The notes under the pieces are model-generated. The model saw only the letters and a program-made list of their open reading frames with translations, did not search any database and was not told the DNA's origin. Below, one piece after another: positions 31,379-35,497 of a stretch of 35,497 nt of DNA. Position 1 is the first letter of the stretch, and each line of letters begins with the position of its first letter. The translations under genes were made by a program, and so were the position numbers. Location: the NCBI GenBank assembly GCA_041308885.1, contig JBFZAQ010000203.1, forward strand, positions 1-35,497, given 5' to 3'. The DNA is from Candidatus Omnitrophota bacterium. GTDB taxonomy: Bacteria > Omnitrophota > Gorgyraeia > Gygaellales > Profunditerraquicolaceae.

Positions 31379-32050
31379 CTATGGCTGCAGCTTTTCGGGA
31401 TGGTGTTTGACTACATCGGCCTTGACCATATAAATGACGTCTTCGGCGATATTGGTGGCATGATCACAGATCCGTTCCAGATGGCGGGCCACCAGCAGTA
31501 ACGGCACCGCCCGCGAGGCGGCGGTAATATCTTTGTTCAAATAATCATCAATGAGCTCGCGCTGGACCGAATTGCGCAACAAGTCAGCCTGAGGATCGGA
31601 CAAAATCACCTGCTCGGCCAAAACGACGTCCTTATTCACAAAGGCATCCAGCGACTCTTTAGTCATCTGCTGGGCCAAGCCGGCCAGTTTGGGGATATCA
31701 ATCAGGGGTTTAAGCAAAGGCTTACCGGCCAGTTCCAGGGCCCTCTGAGCGATATCCACCGCCAGGTCAGCCATTCTCTCTAAATCAGTGGCAATCTTCA
31801 TCGACGCGGTAATGAACCGTAAATCCACGGCCATCGGCTGTTGGAGGGCCAGCAAATCCAAACATCGCTCATCAAGGTCATTCTCCAGTCCGTCAATAAT
31901 CCGGTCTTCTTTAATGACTTCTAGGGCCTGCGCAGCGTTAAGCCCCTTAAGCGCTTCTACCGACTTAGATATGGCCGCTTCCACCGCCGCACCCATCTTC
32001 AATATTAGATTCTTCAAATCCGCGAGTTCCTGGTCGAAATGCCTCTCCAT
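31379..32050 (-). CDS. phoU: phosphate signalling complex protein PhoU
   Basis: Two PhoU repeats: MERHFDQELADLKN..., and ...ATDLERMADLAVDIA... / ...ARHLERICDHATNIAEDV... Confidence 0.95.
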   Translation of the reverse strand: MERHFDQELADLKNLILKMGAAVEAAISKSVEALKGLNAAQALEVIKEDRIIDGLENDLDERCLDLLALQQPMAVDLRFITASMKIATDLERMADLAVDIAQRALELAGKPLLKPLIDIPKLAGLAQQMTKESLDAFVNKDVVLAEQVILSDPQADLLRNSVQRELIDDYLNKDITAASRAVPLLLVARHLERICDHATNIAEDVIYMVKADVVKHHPEKLQP

Positions 32051-32101
32051 GCTTTAGCTCTCTTTCTCCAATAAAGCGACGACTTGGTTTTTTCTCATCC
32101 G

Positions 32102-32863
32102 TCATCCGAATCTCCCGGTAATATAAGCTTCAGTCCGGCTGTCTTTAGGAGCAGTAAAGATATCCTGGGTCCGGGCATATTCAATCAATTCGCCCAATAG
32201 AAAGAAGGCCGTGTAGTCGGAAACCCGGGCCGCCTGCTGCATATTATGGGTAACAATAATGATAGTATAATCTTTCTTTAACTCAAGGATAAGCTCCTCA
32301 ATCTTAGCCGTAGAAATCGGATCCAAGCTGGCGCAGGGCTCATCAAAAAGGATAACTTTAGATTCTACCGCCAGCGACCGGGCAATGCACAAACGCTGCT
32401 GCTGGCCTCCGGAAAGCCCCAAAGCGCTATCGGTAAGCCGGTCCTTGACCTCCGGCCAAAGCGCGGCCTTTCTTAAGGCCTGCTCCACTTTAGCCTGAAT
32501 AAGCGAGCGGTCTTTTTCGCCGTTGACCTTTAAGCCATAACTAATATTATCAAAGATGCTTTTGGGAAACGGATTGGGCTTCTGAAAGACCATGCCGATG
32601 CGCCTTCTGACCTCCACCGCGTCAATATTCGTATCCAGAATGTCCCAACCGCTGTACAGGATCTTCCCGGTTACGCGGGTATTCGGGACCAACTCATGCA
32701 TGCGATTCAACAGCCGGATGAACGTGGACTTGCCGCAGCCCGAAGGCCCGATAATGGCTGTGACTTTATGCTTGCCGATATCCAGCGTGATATCTTTAAG
32801 GGCTTGCGTCTTGCCGTAATAAAAAAATACATTCCTGGCCTTAATCTCAATAGTATTATCCAT
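32102..32863 (-). CDS. pstB: phosphate ABC transporter ATP-binding protein
   Basis: Walker [10 protein letters not shown], signature LSGGQQQR, Walker B ILFDEP, and the PstB-typical N- and C-termini. Confidence 0.95.
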   Translation of the reverse strand: MDNTIEIKARNVFFYYGKTQALKDITLDIGKHKVTAIIGPSGCGKSTFIRLLNRMHELVPNTRVTGKILYSGWDILDTNIDAVEVRRRIGMVFQKPNPFPKSIFDNISYGLKVNGEKDRSLIQAKVEQALRKAALWPEVKDRLTDSALGLSGGQQQRLCIARSLAVESKVILFDEPCASLDPISTAKIEELILELKKDYTIIIVTHNMQQAARVSDYTAFFLLGELIEYARTQDIFTAPKDSRTEAYITGRFG

Positions 32864-33725
32864 TGACCCCTCTTTGTCGTTGGCGAATTACGATGGCTAT
32901 CCCGGAAATCAATAAAACCATAACTAAAAGGATGAAGCTGCACCCATAGGCAATCGCCGTCTGTTTATCGGGATGAGTGCCTTCAGTCATCAGCGCGTAG
33001 ATATGATAAGGAAGGGCCATGACTTCGGAAAAGATTGAGCGCGGATACCCGCGCAGGTAAAATGCCGCCGCGGTAAAAAGTATAGGCGCGGTTTCTCCGG
33101 CGACTCTACCGATGCTTAATATCACTCCGGTTAATATCCCCGGGAGCGCCGTCGGCAAAACGATATTCTTGATCGTCCCCCATTTGGTAGCCCCCAAAGA
33201 CAATGAAGCTTCCCGGATCGACTGCGGGACAGCCAACAAGGCCTCCTGGGCCGAAGAAATTATCAAGGGCAAAATCAAAATACCCAAAGTAAGGCTCCCG
33301 GAAAGAATGGAAACCCTAAACCCCAGATATTTGACAAAAAAAGCCAGGCCGAAAAGCCCGAAGACTACCGACGGCACCCCGGCCAAGTTATTGATGCTGA
33401 TCCGGATAATATTCACGATTATCCCCGGCGGAGAATACTCAGACAAATAAATGGCGCAGGCCAACCCTAACGGCAAGGCAAAAATAACCGATCCTAAAGT
33501 AAGATACAAAGTCCCCACAATAGCCGGGGCCACTCCGCCTTCGGTCATCCCTAAACGCGGGCCTTGGGTCAAAAACTCCCAGGAGATAATCTTGAGCCCC
33601 CGGGAAGCGATGAAAAAAATTATCAATCCGAGAAAAAAAATGGTTGCGGCGATACATAAGAACAACAGCAAGAACCCTGTGTTTTGCACAATATTTTTGG
33701 CGTGACGACTACGATAATTCATCAT
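32856..33725 (-). CDS. pstA: phosphate ABC transporter permease PstA
   Basis: A polytopic permease with the EAA-like loop [21 protein letters not shown]. It is third in the pstSCAB order. Confidence 0.9.
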   Translation of the reverse strand: MMNYRSRHAKNIVQNTGFLLLFLCIAATIFFLGLIIFFIASRGLKIISWEFLTQGPRLGMTEGGVAPAIVGTLYLTLGSVIFALPLGLACAIYLSEYSPPGIIVNIIRISINNLAGVPSVVFGLFGLAFFVKYLGFRVSILSGSLTLGILILPLIISSAQEALLAVPQSIREASLSLGATKWGTIKNIVLPTALPGILTGVILSIGRVAGETAPILFTAAAFYLRGYPRSIFSEVMALPYHIYALMTEGTHPDKQTAIAYGCSFILLVMVLLISGIAIVIRQRQRGVNG

Positions 33726-33734
33726 AATTTCCGC

Positions 33735-34610
33735 CTAACGGCTTAATCCCAACTTAATCCGGAAACGCCGGCTGATCAGTTCGGCCGCGATATTAAAAAC
33801 AAATGTAGTAAGAAACAGAATCAGGGCAATAGCGAATAAGGCATGATAATGGTCGCCGCCCATAGGAGCCTCGCCCATCTCTGCGGCAACGGCCGCGGTC
33901 ATCGGCCGCACCGGGACCAGAAGAGAGTGGGGAATAACCGCCGCCCCGCCGGCGACCATCAGCACGGTCATGGTTTCACCGATAGCCCGGCTCATCCCCA
34001 GGATAACCGCGGTGGATATCCCGGAGCCGGCCGCGGGGATGATGACCTGGGTCAAAGTCTGCCAACGGTTGGCCCCCACGGCATAAGAAGCCTCGCGAAA
34101 TGAGCGGGGGACATAATTCAGCGCATCATCAGCAATGCTGCAAACCGTAGGAGTAGCCATAATACCCAAGACCAGGCTGGCGTTCAATCCGCATAGTCCG
34201 GTAGGCAGATGAAATGTTTCCTGTAAAAAAGGAGTCAAGACAACCAGCCCGAAGAAGCCATAGACCACTGAAGGTATACTGGCTAATATCTCAATCGCCG
34301 GCTTCAAAATGGCTCTTTGCTTATAACCGGCTAATTCGTGCAGATAAAGAGCGCTGCCTACTCCCAGGGGGACGCAAACCAAAACCGCCCCGGCCGTAAC
34401 CCACGCTGAAGCTAATATTAAAGGCAGGATACCAAATTCAGGAGGCTCAAAAGTAGGATACCAGGCCTGCCCGGACACAAACTTCAGCACCGATATTTTT
34501 TTGAAGATCGGCAGGCCTTCTTTAAACAGCACGGTAATGATACCCACCAAAAAAACTAAAGAAGAAAAAGCCAAAACCGTAAATATCCACTTATATAATT
34601 TTTCTTTCAT
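33735..34610 (-). CDS. pstC: phosphate ABC transporter permease PstC
   Basis: A polytopic permease with FREASYAVGANRWQTLTQVIIP. It is second in the pstSCAB order. Confidence 0.9.
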   Translation of the reverse strand: MKEKLYKWIFTVLAFSSLVFLVGIITVLFKEGLPIFKKISVLKFVSGQAWYPTFEPPEFGILPLILASAWVTAGAVLVCVPLGVGSALYLHELAGYKQRAILKPAIEILASIPSVVYGFFGLVVLTPFLQETFHLPTGLCGLNASLVLGIMATPTVCSIADDALNYVPRSFREASYAVGANRWQTLTQVIIPAAGSGISTAVILGMSRAIGETMTVLMVAGGAAVIPHSLLVPVRPMTAAVAAEMGEAPMGGDHYHALFAIALILFLTTFVFNIAAELISRRFRIKLGLSR

Positions 34611-34625
34611 CTGGCGATTATAAAT

Positions 34626-34660
34626 AGCGTACCTCGACGCAATAAGCGACGAGGTACGCT
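34626..34660 (-). promoter_or_regulatory. intercistronic stem-loop between pstS and pstC
   Basis: AGCGTACCTCG (34626-34636) pairs perfectly with CGAGGTACGCT (34650-34660). Three further CGC/GCG pairs lie inside, and the loop is AATAA. On the mRNA it is followed by AUUUAUAAU. Confidence 0.6.
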
Positions 34661-34681
34661 TAACCGATTCGACCTGTAATT

Positions 34682-35494
34682 TTACTTTAGAGCCACAAAC
34701 CCTTCTTCTTCAACAATATTTTGGCCCTGCGCGCTTAAGATAAAATCCATATACTGCTTGGCAACTCCTTGAGGAACGCCATTGGTATACATAAACAAAG
34801 GGCGCCCCACCGGATAAGCGCCGGAGAGAACCGTTTCTTTGGTGGCTACCGCCCCATCAACAGTCAAGGCTTTTACCGCATCAGTTAAATAGCCCAGCCC
34901 GATGTATCCGATCGCGCCGGGAGTCTTGGCCACGATAGAAGCCACAGCCTGATTAGACGCCTGCAAAAGAGCATCAGGCCTGACCTTGGCCCCGTTAAGC
35001 ACGAGAACCCCGAAAGCCTCAAAGGTCCCGCTGGATGAATCACGCGAGATAACCACGATTTTCTCATTTGACCCGCCGACCTGGCTCCAATTAGAGATCG
35101 AACCGGTAAAAATACCGGCGATCTGCTTTTTGGTCATATTATTTATCCGGTTAGACGGATGCACCACCACACAGATGCCGTCCATCGCCACGACATGGGC
35201 TTTGGGAGACCGGCCGTTAGCCACTGCTTTCTCCAATTCGGTATCTTTAATCGCCCGCGAAGCGTCAGCGATGTCGCAGGTACCGTCAATCAATGAAGCG
35301 ATACCGACGCTGGAACCCCCTCCGCGCACCGATATGTCAGCTTCAGGATTGCTGTTCATGAACACTTCGGCTGTTTTCTGGGCAATAGGTAAAACCGTAG
35401 TTGAGCCCTCGACTACGATTTTTTCAGCGTAACCGGGCCCAACCAGCCCGAATATTACCAACGCCGCTGCAGAAAATATTTTTACCCCTTTCAT
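34682..35494 (-). CDS. pstS: phosphate ABC transporter substrate-binding protein PstS
   Basis: Signal peptide, then IVVEGSTTVLPIAQK..., ISRDSSSGTFEAF, and GAIGYIGLGY, as in the PstS/PBP family. The ATG lies 3 nt from the window end, so the promoter and Pho box lie outside the window. Confidence 0.9.
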   Translation of the reverse strand: MKGVKIFSAAALVIFGLVGPGYAEKIVVEGSTTVLPIAQKTAEVFMNSNPEADISVRGGGSSVGIASLIDGTCDIADASRAIKDTELEKAVANGRSPKAHVVAMDGICVVVHPSNRINNMTKKQIAGIFTGSISNWSQVGGSNEKIVVISRDSSSGTFEAFGVLVLNGAKVRPDALLQASNQAVASIVAKTPGAIGYIGLGYLTDAVKALTVDGAVATKETVLSGAYPVGRPLFMYTNGVPQGVAKQYMDFILSAQGQNIVEEEGFVALK

Positions 35495-35497
35495 CTG

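Noticed and set aside
368-35432. Long plus-strand ORFs in the track: 368-823, 1038-1364, 4335-4916, 4978-5460, 6200-6550, 11854-12345, 14182-14667, 16545-17045, 18522-18845, 18959-19372, 25335-25745, 28806-29264, 33112-33450 and 34986-35432.
   Set aside because: Each lies antisense to a minus-strand gene with unmistakable family signatures. Their translations are low-complexity (S/A/P/R-rich) with no recognisable motifs. They are typical shadow ORFs of moderately GC-rich coding DNA.
1-35497. tRNA, rRNA, tmRNA, RNase P or other standard RNA genes in the intergenic spacers.
   Set aside because: All spacers longer than about 100 nt are accounted for by the repeat families, or by the 31036-31350 leader. 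I saw no cloverleaf-compatible sequence, such as a GTTCGAATC-like T-arm with a matching acceptor stem. A tRNAscan or Rfam run would be needed to be certain.
35495-35497. A Pho box or pst promoter upstream of pstS.
   Set aside because: The pstS ATG is 3 nt from the window end, so the regulatory region is not available.

Overview
This is a 35.5-kb bacterial chromosomal segment. The taxon cannot be determined from the sequence alone; the gene set suggests an uncultivated lineage. Every recognisable gene except one helicase is on the minus strand.

Gene order, read right to left:
- A complete pstS-pstC-pstA-pstB-phoU operon, followed by a small DUF4032-like ORF.
- A dispersed purine-biosynthesis array: purB, an SPFH protein, purSL (a PurS-PurS-PurL fusion), a LOG-family protein, purQ, a degenerate purF paralogue, purF, purM, a second SPFH protein, a HEPN-MNT toxin-antitoxin cassette, purD and purE.
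- A TsaC/Sua5-LMW-phosphatase fusion, rpiB, glyA, dCMP deaminase, nrdR, a DUF151 nuclease and cca.
- A ydbH-like gene plus a ynbE-ydbL fusion (envelope lipid-transport module) and an HTH/coiled-coil orphan.
- An overlapping trio: dUTPase-like protein, secreted retropepsin-like protease, macro-Nudix fusion.
- A plus-strand Ski2/HelY-like helicase, DUF3786, a thermonuclease and the 5' end of a secreted protein.

I recognised no rRNA, tRNA, CRISPR array, transposase or integrase.

The most unusual signal is not a gene. Many of the longer intergenic spacers hold a hairpin-forming repeat, most of them built from 7-nt units. There are five copies of a CCAAATCCCAATGAATGACCAAT family, a GTCATTCTGAGGC...GCCGAAGAATGAC family, and a CCTGCCTGCCGGCAGGCAGG palindrome. 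The same heptamer tracts, and the palindrome, also sit in frame inside purD, purM, purQ and purSL at six sites.

Other items worth a second look:
- A decayed 97-nt duplicate of the purD 5' end flanks the TA cassette.
- The purF paralogue lacks the glutaminase catalytic residues.
- Several domain fusions occur: YnbE-YdbL, TsaC-phosphatase, macro-Nudix and PurS-PurS-PurL.
- An unannotated 58-aa membrane ORF lies upstream of the second SPFH gene.

All family calls come from motif recognition by eye; no database search was run.
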